64,000 nucleotides of DNA from Minisyncoccota bacterium (GCA_041658985.1 JBAZZC010000001.1:65813-129812), one strand, 5' to 3'; numbered from the stretch's first letter, positions 36,405 to 46,683 are shown. Program-made: numbers and translations. The notes: generated by a model not told the origin, from the letters alone.

Positions 36405-37202
36405 GTGAAAAAAAAGAAATCTCTAGGTCAACATTTTCTTAAATCAAAAGCCGTTTTAACGTCCATCCGTGATGTAAGTGATATAACAGCAGAAGATATC
36501 GTTTTGGAAATCGGACCGGGGGAGGGGGTTTTAACCGAAATCTTGCTACTCTTCGCAGCAAAAATTGTGGCAATAGAAAAGGATTCGCGACTCATCCCAT
36601 ATTTACAAAATAAGTTCTCAGAACAAATAAAGTCTGGAAAATTTGAGCTGTTGGAAAAAGATATTTTAGACTTTGACCCAGAAATTTTTGAGTTTTACGA
36701 CCTCCCATACAAAGTTGTAGCCAACATTCCATACTATATTACTGGTCAAATACTCCGAATGTTTTTGCAGTCCAAAAAACAACCAGAGTCAATGACCCTC
36801 CTGGTTCAGAAAGAAGTAGCCGAAAGAATTGTGGCTAAGGATAAAAAAGAAAGTTTACTGTCTCTTTCCGTAAAAATATATGGGGAGCCGAAAATTGTAA
36901 GGGTTGTTGGTCGGGGAGCATTTTCACCACAACCTACTGTTGACTCGGCTGTTTTATCTATTAAAAACATTTCCAGAAAAAAACTTTTGGCGGTTAAACC
37001 GCCAAATGAAGAAAAATTCTTTAAAATGTTACGTGCTGGTTTTGCCCACAAAAGAAAACAGCTACTCCCAAATCTGTGTAGTCTGTACAAAAAAGATAAT
37101 TTAATAAAATTTTTTAAGAGTTGCAAAATAGACTTAAAAACCCGAGCAGAAGACTTGCCTCTAGAGACTTGGTTGAAACTTTATAATACAATAAACAGAT
37201 GA
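36405..37202 (+). CDS. rsmA: 16S rRNA (adenine1518/1519-N6)-dimethyltransferase RsmA/KsgA
   Basis: LGQHFLKSKAVLTSI...VLEIGPGEGVLTEIL; NIPYYIT motif. Confidence 0.9.
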   Translation: MKKKKSLGQHFLKSKAVLTSIRDVSDITAEDIVLEIGPGEGVLTEILLLFAAKIVAIEKDSRLIPYLQNKFSEQIKSGKFELLEKDILDFDPEIFEFYDLPYKVVANIPYYITGQILRMFLQSKKQPESMTLLVQKEVAERIVAKDKKESLLSLSVKIYGEPKIVRVVGRGAFSPQPTVDSAVLSIKNISRKKLLAVKPPNEEKFFKMLRAGFAHKRKQLLPNLCSLYKKDNLIKFFKSCKIDLKTRAEDLPLETWLKLYNTINR

Positions 37203-37311
37203 TCCCGTTAGAAGTCACGGGAATCTAAACATGAAGGTAAATTATCAACAAAGTAATTCAGGTAGAGTAGTCATCTCGCGAAAGTGGGTGATTCCCTACT
37301 TCTAACGGGAT
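37202..37311 (+). repeat. ~110-bp element with 15-bp terminal inverted repeats ATCCCGTTAGAAGTC overlapping the start codon of the downstream gene (copy A; copy B 56308-56411)
   Basis: atcccgttagaagtc ... acttctaacgggat; ATG of 37310 CDS lies in 3' arm. Confidence 0.7.
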
Positions 37312-38953
37312 GATAGAAAGATTTTTGGATGACATAAAAAGTCAAAAAATAACCGTGGGACAATGGCTACTTGGTTTCGCCGGAATAATGTTTATCCGTT
37401 TCTTTTTAGAAGCCTTATCCAATCCGACAACCTCTGGAGTTATTGCTTCGGACCCATACACTCTTGTTCATTACTTGCTATTTTTTATTACAGTAATGAT
37501 GGGCACAGCCTGCATTGTTGGATTTTTTAGTAAGGATTTTTTAAGTGCGGGAAAATTAATTTTGTTTGCCCTGCCTCTTTCTTGGCTAGCTCCAATTTTG
37601 GATATTGTGATTAGTCTAGGAAAGGGATATAGGATGTCCTATGTTTTTGATAGTCATCAAACCCTCCTTGTTGATTTCTTTAAATTTTTTAGTTTTCAGC
37701 CGATGCAATGGGCCACATATGGTATGCGTGTTGAAATAATAATTATTTTACTTGGTATTGGTTGGTATGTATGGTTAAAGAGAAAAACAGTCTTACCTAT
37801 AATTTTGGCGGTATTTAGCACATATTTTTTAATCTTTTTGATTGGTTCGGTTCCTGGGTTACTCTACACATTCACCCATATAAACAATGGAGTAGATTCA
37901 AACTCTTTGAGTGTATTTGGTTACATAAATAATTTGCTAATAGATTCAAACATTTTACATAACACCCTGCACGAAACCACTTTTTCTGTAACACCTCTTA
38001 GATTTTTTGAGTTAGGGTTTAATAAATTAATGTCTCAAATACTTTTTATCCTATCTTTTGTTTTTGTATCTATCTTGTTTTGGAAAATTGAAACAAAAAA
38101 ATTTAAAGCTGTTGTAAAAAACGCCCGTTTGGGTCGTATCTTTTTTTATTTGTCTTTACTCTTTTTAGGAATGGGTGGGGCATATACTTTGGGTTTCAAA
38201 TTAACCTCGTGGGTAGACATTTTGGGTGTTGTCTGTTTAGTGATTTCCTGGGTTGGTTTGTGGCTATACGCTGTACAAATTAACGACATAGCTGACATAG
38301 ACATAGACAAAATATCAAACAAAGAAAGACCACTGGTACAAGGGGTGATGACGACGAGCGACATGAAGGAGGTTGGTTTGATTTGGTTGGTTATCGCACT
38401 CTCTGGTTCGTGGTCGGCTGGATTTTATCCATTTTATATGTGTATTGTTGGTCTTTTTGTTTCACACATATATTCCGCAGAGCCATTTTGTTTAAAACGT
38501 ATTCCGGTATTATCAACTTTTCTTATAAGCATAGCCTCTCTTGTAACAATCCTTGCTGGTTTCTTTTTTGTCTCATGGGACAAAACATTTCAAACATTTC
38601 CATTGCTTCTGGCCCTAGGAACGCTTGTTGTATTTACATTGGAAATAAACATCAAAGATATGAAGGATATTGAGGGAGATAAAGCCAACGGAATAAAGAC
38701 TTTGCCGGTAATATTTGGAAAAAATGGCCCTCGGGTTGTGGGGTTATGTTTTGCCTTGAGCATACTTTCGGTTCCGCTGTTTTTGTCTTTTTATATTTTA
38801 TATATTATTTCTATCCCAGTTGCCATAATTAGCTATAGACTGATTACAAGAACTCCCTACCGTGAAAAACCCATATTTATCCTTCACTTTATTTATCTTC
38901 TTCTAATAGTATTACTTTTTATGGTTTCACCGTGGTTGGTTAATTTTTTGTAA
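37310..38953 (+). CDS. polytopic membrane protein with C-terminal UbiA-family prenyltransferase domain
   Basis: >=12 predicted TM helices; NDIADIDID (NDxxDxxxD) and KERPL motifs at 322-345. Confidence 0.6.
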   Translation: MIERFLDDIKSQKITVGQWLLGFAGIMFIRFFLEALSNPTTSGVIASDPYTLVHYLLFFITVMMGTACIVGFFSKDFLSAGKLILFALPLSWLAPILDIVISLGKGYRMSYVFDSHQTLLVDFFKFFSFQPMQWATYGMRVEIIIILLGIGWYVWLKRKTVLPIILAVFSTYFLIFLIGSVPGLLYTFTHINNGVDSNSLSVFGYINNLLIDSNILHNTLHETTFSVTPLRFFELGFNKLMSQILFILSFVFVSILFWKIETKKFKAVVKNARLGRIFFYLSLLFLGMGGAYTLGFKLTSWVDILGVVCLVISWVGLWLYAVQINDIADIDIDKISNKERPLVQGVMTTSDMKEVGLIWLVIALSGSWSAGFYPFYMCIVGLFVSHIYSAEPFCLKRIPVLSTFLISIASLVTILAGFFFVSWDKTFQTFPLLLALGTLVVFTLEINIKDMKDIEGDKANGIKTLPVIFGKNGPRVVGLCFALSILSVPLFLSFYILYIISIPVAIISYRLITRTPYREKPIFILHFIYLLLIVLLFMVSPWLVNFL

Positions 38954-39049
38954 TTTAAAACACCTGTCCTGTTAGAGTTAAAGCTTGTTTAAATAACGCA
39001 AAAAATATTTTTAAAATTAATTGTGAAGAACTCTAATAGGATGATATAA

Positions 39050-39192
39050 TTAATCCGCACACTAAATTTAGCATCGTTGCCTTGTGTTGTTACAACACAT
39101 AAGTTCAATCACTAAGTAATTGATACACTAGTTTGTATTAAACACGTAACAGGCAACAAAAAACACAATGCTAAAATTAGTGTGCGGATAAA
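39050..39192. promoter_or_regulatory. large inverted repeat (24-bp arms TAATCCGCACACTAAATTTAGCAT) with nested palindromes upstream of the T4SS-like cluster
   Basis: taatccgcacactaaatttagcat (39050-39073) vs atgctaaaattagtgtgcggataa (39168-39191); internal tgtgttg-tta-caacaca. Confidence 0.4.
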
Positions 39193-40007
39193 TGCCAAAC
39201 AACAGGATTTTATTTGTTTTAATTATTTGTTTCGGAGTTGTTGCTTCCGTTTATCTACTTGCAAGAAATTCCGCTAGCCCACAGACAATCGGGGACACAA
39301 CCGATGTTTCTGTAAACCCCTACATCAATCTAGATAAAAACACAAACAATGATTGGAAAAAAATTCTAGTAAACCTTGATTCAAGTAATAGCACCACTAC
39401 CATCCTGACAAATGAAGACCCAGGTGTATTTAATGAAACAACACTAACAGCACAAATGTCTCGCGATTTTCTTTCCCAGTATTTGTCGGCGATAAAAAAT
39501 GGACCAGTCACCCCAGAAGAGGCAGCAAAAATCGCAGAAACCACTCTCTTAATACCAGAATACACAAAAGGTGTTCGAGTAAAATATAACATCAAGAATC
39601 TGCATGTAATCAATAATACCAATACAAACACAATAGAAGTGTATGGAAATACGCTAAATCAAAGCCTGAAAGACAAATCTTCTCAGGTAAAAGAAAACCC
39701 AATAGAAATATTTAATAATGCCATAACCAGTGCAAGTGAAACAAAATTGGCTAAACTAGACCAAATTATTTTTCTAAACAAAAGTCTCCTAACTGACCTG
39801 CTCACAATGAATGTGCCTAAAAGTGCTATTGAGGTACATCTTGCCCTTCTTAATGTTACTAGTAGTCTTTTATCAGACCTAGAAGCAATGAGGTTGGTTT
39901 TTATAGACCCTGTTGCGGGCTTGATTGGAATTAGTCAATATCAAACAGATACTTTTTTGTTAAAAACAGCACTAACAAACATGAACACATACCTAATGCA
40001 AAACTAA
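39192..40007 (+). CDS. membrane-anchored hypothetical protein (first gene of T4SS-like cluster)
   Basis: N-terminal TM ILFVLIICFGVVASVYLL; Asn/Thr-rich. Confidence 0.5.
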   Translation: MPNNRILFVLIICFGVVASVYLLARNSASPQTIGDTTDVSVNPYINLDKNTNNDWKKILVNLDSSNSTTTILTNEDPGVFNETTLTAQMSRDFLSQYLSAIKNGPVTPEEAAKIAETTLLIPEYTKGVRVKYNIKNLHVINNTNTNTIEVYGNTLNQSLKDKSSQVKENPIEIFNNAITSASETKLAKLDQIIFLNKSLLTDLLTMNVPKSAIEVHLALLNVTSSLLSDLEAMRLVFIDPVAGLIGISQYQTDTFLLKTALTNMNTYLMQN

Positions 40008-40065
40008 AGACTTTTCAACAAAAATCCTAGTATTTAATAGATTAATTAATGTATAATAGACGTAA

Positions 40066-43000
40066 ATGAAAAAACTCTTTATAGCAATCATGATCGTTTC
40101 CCTTCTCTCAATTTCTGTCCCCCAAAAAGTAGAGGCCCAGTACATTGATATCATGAATCTTGCTAAGGAGTTTCCCCTTGATACGATCGCTACAGTTATT
40201 GGAAAAATAATGTTAAAAAAGTTAACTGCTCAAACAGTTAACTGGATAAATTCTGGGTTTAAAGGAAAACCGGCCTTTATTACAGACTCTAACCAGTTTT
40301 TTCTTGATATAGGAGATAACACTGCTTCACAATTTCTTTCGGAAACACAATTAAATAAACTGTGTAGTCCATTTAAAGCTGAAGTGAGATTGGCTTTGGT
40401 AAAGAATTACATACAGGAAGATAATTATACCTGTACATTAGACACTTTGAAAAACAACTATGATGCTTTCATAAGCGATTTTTCCAAAGGTGGTTGGACT
40501 GGCTGGTTTGAAATGACCCAAACCAGTGCTGGTAATCCATACAGCGCTTACCTTGCAGCAGAGAGTAAGTTGCTTACAACGGTTCAAAATAACAAGGCAA
40601 GGAAAGAAACCCAACTTGATCAGAGTGGCGGACTTTTGTCATTAGAAAAATGCAAGGAGGGAATGGAAATGACTATGGAAAAAGCAAAGCGGTTAACGGG
40701 AGCAAATTTTTCTGATATTTTAACTCCTGGATTTCTAGAATCTCAAGGTTTACCAGAACTCGGAGAATGTGCCGAAAGTGAAAAAGAAACGGTCACTCCG
40801 GGAATTGCTATAGACAAAGCCTTGGGTGATTCTCTTGGTTCTGGATGGAGACAACTTCAGGCCGCCGATGAAATAAATGAAATTCTTACTGCTCTGGTTA
40901 GCCAATTTATGAGCAAAGTCTTTGGAGATAAAGGTGGACTGGCTGGTGTAAGTAAATCATCAAACAGTAGTCCATCCTTCACATCCCAGTTGGAAAATGA
41001 ACCGGAACCACCACCGATAGACCCAGGTCAATTACAAATTACTCCTACAACAATGGTTTGTCTAACCAACGAAGATACTGGGGAACAAACTTGTGAAATA
41101 AAACCAGGAATAATAAAAGGGCCAGAGTGGCTTGAAAATATAGTTCCTATTGACGGTGAAACCGGAAAAGGGCCTGGCACTCCAGGCGAAATACCTCCCG
41201 GCTTAAGTGGTATATGTGATAGTATCGCATCAGAAAGAGGAAAATTTCCAGCGGGGACTATCTCCAGAGAAAACATACGAACAATTATAGAAAATGCCGC
41301 CGGAAGCAATAATGCTTCAGGCTGGGGAATGTTAGAAAAAAAGAGTGGAGCAAATTGTACTGGTGTTTCATGCGATATTGTCTTCCATGGCCCCACTTGT
41401 TACATATATGATGTATTAGGTTCAGCAACCGGCTCTGGTGATTTGGGTGGACCGGCAACTCCGCAATGTAATTTTGCTGGAGGAAATATGGACCGAAGCC
41501 GATGGGTTGGGGTGGGTAGTGATACAAGAGGCAGTGGTCCTTGTGCTGTCGTGATTCCTGAGGGCGGAACCCCCCCAGGAGGAAAAAGTCCTTGTCTCAC
41601 TACTGGTAATATTTACGCTTCGTTCCTTAGAGAGGCCCTAACCTTTACTTTGGAAAAAAATCAAGCTCTGGCAAATTCTCTAAATAATAAAGAAAATTCG
41701 CTTAAGTTTTTAGCCTTGGTGGTTGAAGAATTAAAAATTTTTGGTGTCAATGCCACTGAAAAAGTTTTAAATGGAAACAACAATCCATCATCAGGAGATT
41801 TAATCGCTATATGGAAAACAGGCGATACAACAATGGAACGCTATGATGCAATTATAGGCGTTAATGCTGGTGACAGGACAATCGCTTCAGCCGTAACTTC
41901 AGAACAATTTGTTGGATTTATTCCACTCAACTGTACGATTTCTGGCGGTGGAACCAACTGCGGATGTCCAACCACTCCACCACCTCCTGCCCCAATTGTT
42001 CCAACTGTTAATCTGTCTGTTTCTCCTTCATCTATCGTTCCAGGGTCTTCGTCTATCATAACCTGGTCTTCTAACAACGCCACATCATGTACCTCATCTG
42101 GAGCTTGGACAGGAACGAGAGCAATTTCTGGCTCACAAACAGTTTCACCAACTGTTACCTCCACATACACCATATCATGTTCAGGAACTGGTGGAACAAA
42201 AAGTCAATCCGTGCAATTAACTGTTTCAACAGGCACTCCGCCAATATCTCCAATAACTCTTCCGAGTGACTATTTCACCTTCGTTGTTATTCCCGATACA
42301 CAGGGATATACCGCTTATGATTCGGTTAATTATAAAGGTTTTACAAATATCACAAATTGGATTGTAAAAAACTTCAGTGGTCTAAAAATTAAAGCGGCTG
42401 CACAAGTTGGTGACCTAATTAGTGAGTCATATCAAGCATACCAATGGGTAAACGCAAGTAATGCTATGAAGATTTTGGATGATGCAAAAGTTCCGTATGG
42501 AATTCTTGCGGGTAACCACGATTTCAGCACAACCACCCCACAAACAACAGATGTTTTTGCAAGATATTTCCCAGTATCAAGATATAATAAAAACTTTTGG
42601 TGGGGAGGAAGCTCGGACTCAAACAACAGTAATAGTTATATATTATTTAGTGGTGGTGGAGAAAATTATGTTCTTATTAGTATGCGCTATACCACACCAA
42701 GCAATAGGGTAGCAGATGCTACTTGGGCAAACTCAATAATAAAAAAATACCCTTCAAGCAAAATTATTCTTTCAACTCACGCATACTTAAACTATCAGGG
42801 TTTACGACAATACCAAGATCAAACCAACGGAGGACCTATTACTTCTTACGAAAACCTCTGGACGGATATTGTTTATCCGAATTCCAATGTTTTCATGGTA
42901 ATTTCTGGACATGATATGCCAAAAGGTGAAGCCTCTCGTATTGATAAAAATATAACTGGAAAAAATGTTTATCAACTTCTTTCTAATTACCAATCAAATG

Positions 43001-43236
43001 GCGCTGGTGGACAAGGTCGTTTGCGAAAAATGACCTTTGCTCCATCTCAAAATAAAATATATATCCAAACACTTGCAACCTCTCTCGCCACAACTACTTG
43101 TATTGACGGTACTATTGGAAAAAATATGAAATATCGTGTGGATGGTTGTTACGAAACCGATTCAAACAGCGAGTTTATTTTGGACCTAAATACTGGCACA
43201 GTCAATCCAGGACCATTTGAATTAAAATTACCATGA
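40066..43236 (+). CDS. large secreted protein: signal peptide, Ig-like/PKD-like domain, C-terminal calcineurin-like metallophosphoesterase domain
   Basis: SP MKKLFIAIMIVSLLSISVPQKVEA; beta-rich segment TVNLSVSPSSIVPGSSSIITWSS...TYTISCSG; phosphoesterase motifs VVIPDTQGY, GDLISE, GNHDF, STHAYL, ISGHDMP. Confidence 0.7.
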   Translation: MKKLFIAIMIVSLLSISVPQKVEAQYIDIMNLAKEFPLDTIATVIGKIMLKKLTAQTVNWINSGFKGKPAFITDSNQFFLDIGDNTASQFLSETQLNKLCSPFKAEVRLALVKNYIQEDNYTCTLDTLKNNYDAFISDFSKGGWTGWFEMTQTSAGNPYSAYLAAESKLLTTVQNNKARKETQLDQSGGLLSLEKCKEGMEMTMEKAKRLTGANFSDILTPGFLESQGLPELGECAESEKETVTPGIAIDKALGDSLGSGWRQLQAADEINEILTALVSQFMSKVFGDKGGLAGVSKSSNSSPSFTSQLENEPEPPPIDPGQLQITPTTMVCLTNEDTGEQTCEIKPGIIKGPEWLENIVPIDGETGKGPGTPGEIPPGLSGICDSIASERGKFPAGTISRENIRTIIENAAGSNNASGWGMLEKKSGANCTGVSCDIVFHGPTCYIYDVLGSATGSGDLGGPATPQCNFAGGNMDRSRWVGVGSDTRGSGPCAVVIPEGGTPPGGKSPCLTTGNIYASFLREALTFTLEKNQALANSLNNKENSLKFLALVVEELKIFGVNATEKVLNGNNNPSSGDLIAIWKTGDTTMERYDAIIGVNAGDRTIASAVTSEQFVGFIPLNCTISGGGTNCGCPTTPPPPAPIVPTVNLSVSPSSIVPGSSSIITWSSNNATSCTSSGAWTGTRAISGSQTVSPTVTSTYTISCSGTGGTKSQSVQLTVSTGTPPISPITLPSDYFTFVVIPDTQGYTAYDSVNYKGFTNITNWIVKNFSGLKIKAAAQVGDLISESYQAYQWVNASNAMKILDDAKVPYGILAGNHDFSTTTPQTTDVFARYFPVSRYNKNFWWGGSSDSNNSNSYILFSGGGENYVLISMRYTTPSNRVADATWANSIIKKYPSSKIILSTHAYLNYQGLRQYQDQTNGGPITSYENLWTDIVYPNSNVFMVISGHDMPKGEASRIDKNITGKNVYQLLSNYQSNGAGGQGRLRKMTFAPSQNKIYIQTLATSLATTTCIDGTIGKNMKYRVDGCYETDSNSEFILDLNTGTVNPGPFELKLP

Positions 43237-45350
43237 TTAGAATGCGAAAATTTTTACCACACATCCTAATACTTTTTGTCTTAGTGATTTTATTTATTCC
43301 AACTCATTTTGCACATGCTTGGGGATGGCCCGACTTAAACCCAATAACATATATTGTTGAATTTCTTTCAATGGCCTTAATTCAACTCGTAAGTTGGCTT
43401 ACTGGAATTGCTGGAATGTTTTTGAATTTTGTATTGAAGTATACCATCATAGATATGTCTGAACACCTAAAAACTCTAACGGGAATAAACATCGCCTGGA
43501 AAGTTGTCCGTGATTTGATAAATATTGTTTTTATATTTCTCCTTGTCTATGAGGGAATAAAGATGATTATAGGGTTAAGTGATATAGACAAAATCAGAAA
43601 ATTCGTTAGTATGATTGTTTTAGCATCGCTTCTTGTAAATTTCAGTTTATTTTTTACAAAAGTACTGATAGATGCATCAAATATAGTAACTATAAATATT
43701 TACCAGTCTATTCTTGGTCCTGACGCCAACACAAAAGACTATGGCCTGTCAGACCCCGTTATGAAAGCCATAGGGTTACAGGGTATATGGGACAGGAACG
43801 GAGAAGCAAACCCCGCTTCAGATCAAGGAGTGGCGGGGGTGCTTATTTTTGGGATTGGTTCAATCTCAATATTGTTAGTTGCAGCTTTTGTTTTTTTTGC
43901 TGTAGCTATCATATTTGTTGTTAGATACATAACTTTGATTGTCCTTTTAATGCTCTCACCCGTAGCCTATATGGGAATGGCTCTACCTTTCTTAAAAAAA
44001 TATGCTGATGACTGGTGGAATTCCCTGAATAGTCAGCTACTTTTTCCTCCCATTTACATGATAATGACTTGGGTTGTGTTAACTCTCATGTCAAGTGATG
44101 GTTTTATTCCCCAAAAAAGTTTTAAGGACTTGCTTCTTGGTGGTGGAGCAAAACCACAACCCGAAACTATGGGAATTGCCTTGAATTTTGCCATCATCAT
44201 AGGTCTCCTCGTTTTTTCTCTTATAATCGCAAAAAGCACCTCCACCAAAGGCTCAAAGTACATCGGGGATGCTACGGGCAAACTAACCGCCTTTGCCGGT
44301 GGAGCAGTAATGGGTGGAACGGCTAGACTTAGTAGGGCAACTTTGGGAAGAGCTGGAAATAACTGGGCAAATGATGAGGCCTTAAAAGAAAGAGCAGCTC
44401 AGGGTGGCTTCAAAGGTAGTGTTGCCCGTATGCAACTAGCCGCAGGAAACCAAATGGCCAAGAGGAGTTTTGATGTCAGAGCTGTAAAAGTAGCCGGGGT
44501 ATCGGCTGGAAGTCTGGCTGATTTTGGTAAAGTAGACAGCAAAAAAGAGAACTTTAAGGCAATACGGGAGGAGCAGACGAAGAAAGCGGAAGAAAAAATG
44601 AAACAGTACAAACCAAACGACGCTGCTTATGCAGAAGCAAAGAGAAAAGATGATGCAGCCAAAAAGCCTCTTGAAGAAGAACTAAAATCCTGGGAGGGTG
44701 TTGAGGGCGACCGGGCCGTACAAGCAAGGAAGAGAATCAATAAAGATATTCAGAGGGTTGCCCATTACGAAAAAGACCTCAACGATACATATAGGAGAAG
44801 AGTAGAACAAGCTGCTACTAGAGAAGAACACGGAATAAGTGAGGAAGAAAAAGCAAAAATAAAAGAGATACAAGATAAACAGGCGGCCGGTGAGAGAACC
44901 ACACAAAAGGAAGACGAAACCGTTAGAAAACTTATTGAAAAACACGAAAAGATTAAGAAGGAGGAAGACAGATTACAAGAAATAAAAGAGAGACAGGCGG
45001 CCGGTGGAAAGATTACATGGGGAGAACAAGCGGATCTTCTTGGCCTGCGTGATTGGAACTCAAAAGAGGCTGTCTGGCGAAAGGTGGCTGGTACGTTTGG
45101 AACAGCAACTCATGTGGTAGGGATGACTTCTTTACCAAAAACAAGAGAAGATAGAAAGGCGCTCGCACGTAAAATGAGGGCTGTTCCTAAGGAAAAGACT
45201 AAAGCAGAAAAAGCCCTAGAAGCAATGACTGCTGCCGCAAAAGAAGAAGCTGAGAAAGGGGGAGGGGCAGCTGGAGCAGCTTCAACTACCACACCAGGCC
45301 CAACACCACCACCAGGAGCTTCAGGTGGAACACCAGGAGCCACGACATAA
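43233..45350 (+). CDS. VirB6/TrbL-like polytopic membrane protein with charged coiled-coil and Gly/Pro/Thr-rich C-terminal tail
   Basis: 6-8 TM helices in first 330 aa, then KE-rich region and GGGAAGAASTTTPGPTPPPGASGGTPGATT tail; position upstream of VirB4-like genes. Confidence 0.4.
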   Translation: MIRMRKFLPHILILFVLVILFIPTHFAHAWGWPDLNPITYIVEFLSMALIQLVSWLTGIAGMFLNFVLKYTIIDMSEHLKTLTGINIAWKVVRDLINIVFIFLLVYEGIKMIIGLSDIDKIRKFVSMIVLASLLVNFSLFFTKVLIDASNIVTINIYQSILGPDANTKDYGLSDPVMKAIGLQGIWDRNGEANPASDQGVAGVLIFGIGSISILLVAAFVFFAVAIIFVVRYITLIVLLMLSPVAYMGMALPFLKKYADDWWNSLNSQLLFPPIYMIMTWVVLTLMSSDGFIPQKSFKDLLLGGGAKPQPETMGIALNFAIIIGLLVFSLIIAKSTSTKGSKYIGDATGKLTAFAGGAVMGGTARLSRATLGRAGNNWANDEALKERAAQGGFKGSVARMQLAAGNQMAKRSFDVRAVKVAGVSAGSLADFGKVDSKKENFKAIREEQTKKAEEKMKQYKPNDAAYAEAKRKDDAAKKPLEEELKSWEGVEGDRAVQARKRINKDIQRVAHYEKDLNDTYRRRVEQAATREEHGISEEEKAKIKEIQDKQAAGERTTQKEDETVRKLIEKHEKIKKEEDRLQEIKERQAAGGKITWGEQADLLGLRDWNSKEAVWRKVAGTFGTATHVVGMTSLPKTREDRKALARKMRAVPKEKTKAEKALEAMTAAAKEEAEKGGGAAGAASTTTPGPTPPPGASGGTPGATT

Positions 45351-45355
45351 ATACC

Positions 45356-46159
45356 ATGAATGACCAGGAAATAGACAATTTTATAAATACTTTATCCAAA
45401 CCCGTGAAAGAGTTTATCTTTGCTGGTGTCTGGGAAGAAAGAACAGCAGAGATTGCAAAAAAATATTCACTAAATGATACACAGGTAAATGATTTAGTAG
45501 ATACTGTGCTTTTTGTCCTTACTGGCCTGGAAAGTCCCGAAGCCCTTTTAGAAACAATTATTGCAGAGCTGGGTATCTCGAGACTCCTAGCTGAACAAAT
45601 AATGGATGACCTGGAAATAAGAGTTTTTGAATACGCCGTCAAAAGCATAGAGAAGAAAACGGACAGTAGCCAGCAGTTAGCATCTAGTAGCCAGGAAGAA
45701 ATTCAAAGTCAAAACAACCAAAACAAAACACCAGAAAAAGATATTCCAGAAATACGACCGAAAAATTTACCAGAAATAGAAGCAAACATTTTACCAATGA
45801 CTGAGCCCGGAGAAAAGGTGCGTATCGTGGAACAACCAATTAACACTGTCAAACCAGAAACAAAACCCCAGGAAACCCCAGGGGAAGCCCCTGGGCAAAC
45901 TTCGCGACCTTCTGAAATTATTTACAAAGCTGTGCCTGAACCCATTCCTGTACCACAATACACAGAAGCACCGGTTGAAAATAAAGTAATGCCTGCCCTA
46001 GAGACTGAAGCTAAACCATCTGAGCCAACCCCGACGCTCCGACCTAGTACGTTGGAGGTCGGGGAGCCGACTGAAAACGTCGGCTCAAAACCACCAGAAC
46101 CAGTACCACCTCCTGTAAAAAAATATGCTGTAGACCCATACCGAGAACCACTGGAATAA
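45356..46159 (+). CDS. hypothetical acidic/Pro-rich protein, carries family-2 palindromic insert
   Basis: ORF; PTPTLRPSTLEVGEPTENVGS segment encoded by palindromic element. Confidence 0.5.
   Translation: MNDQEIDNFINTLSKPVKEFIFAGVWEERTAEIAKKYSLNDTQVNDLVDTVLFVLTGLESPEALLETIIAELGISRLLAEQIMDDLEIRVFEYAVKSIEKKTDSSQQLASSSQEEIQSQNNQNKTPEKDIPEIRPKNLPEIEANILPMTEPGEKVRIVEQPINTVKPETKPQETPGEAPGQTSRPSEIIYKAVPEPIPVPQYTEAPVENKVMPALETEAKPSEPTPTLRPSTLEVGEPTENVGSKPPEPVPPPVKKYAVDPYREPLE
46029..46083. repeat. in-frame intragenic palindromic element (family 2), copy 2
   Basis: ccccgacgctccgacctagtacgttggaggtcggggagccgactgaaaacgtcgg. Confidence 0.75.
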
Positions 46160-46236
46160 ATGCCTGTATAATGTATAAGGTATAATGTATTTGAGTCCAT
46201 ACATAATACTTTATACATAATACTTTATACATAATC

Positions 46237-46683
46237 ATGCGTTATCAAGTACCACAATTTATTGAAATAGAAGACAAAATCATTGGCCCACTGACCATAA
46301 AACAATTCACATATATTGTTGGTGGTGCCGGAATGGTTTTTATTTTTTACACATTTTTACCTATATACATAGCCATATTACTCATAGCAGTTGTTGTTCC
46401 TCTTTCTTTGGCTTTGGCTTTTTATAAAATAAATAACAAACCATTTATTGATTTTCTAGAATCTGCTTTTATCTACTATACAAAACAAAATCTTTACATT
46501 TGGAAAAAAGAACCAAAATCGCCTCCACGGCGATCCGCCGACGAGGCGGAAAAATTATCCGAATTAAGTGAGATATATGTTCCTCGTTTGTCTGATAGTA
46601 AATTGAAAGAGTTGTCCTGGACACTCGATATAAACGAAAACTTAAATCCACTTACGGGAGAAGACGGAAAAACGACAAGGTAG
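46237..46683 (+). CDS. small two-TM protein, VirB3/PrgI-like by position and topology
   Basis: two adjacent hydrophobic helices (AGMVFIFYTFLPIYIAILLIAVVVPLSLALAF); precedes VirB4-like genes; contains family-1 palindrome 46534-46550. Confidence 0.4.
   Translation: MRYQVPQFIEIEDKIIGPLTIKQFTYIVGGAGMVFIFYTFLPIYIAILLIAVVVPLSLALAFYKINNKPFIDFLESAFIYYTKQNLYIWKKEPKSPPRRSADEAEKLSELSEIYVPRLSDSKLKELSWTLDINENLNPLTGEDGKTTR
46534..46550. repeat. in-frame short GC palindrome (family 1)
   Basis: tccgcc-gacga-ggcgga encoding RRSADEAE. Confidence 0.7.

Noticed and set aside
41028-42173. Minus-strand ORFs inside the 1056-aa secreted protein gene
   Set aside because: Pro/Gly-rich shadows opposite a well-supported long + strand gene
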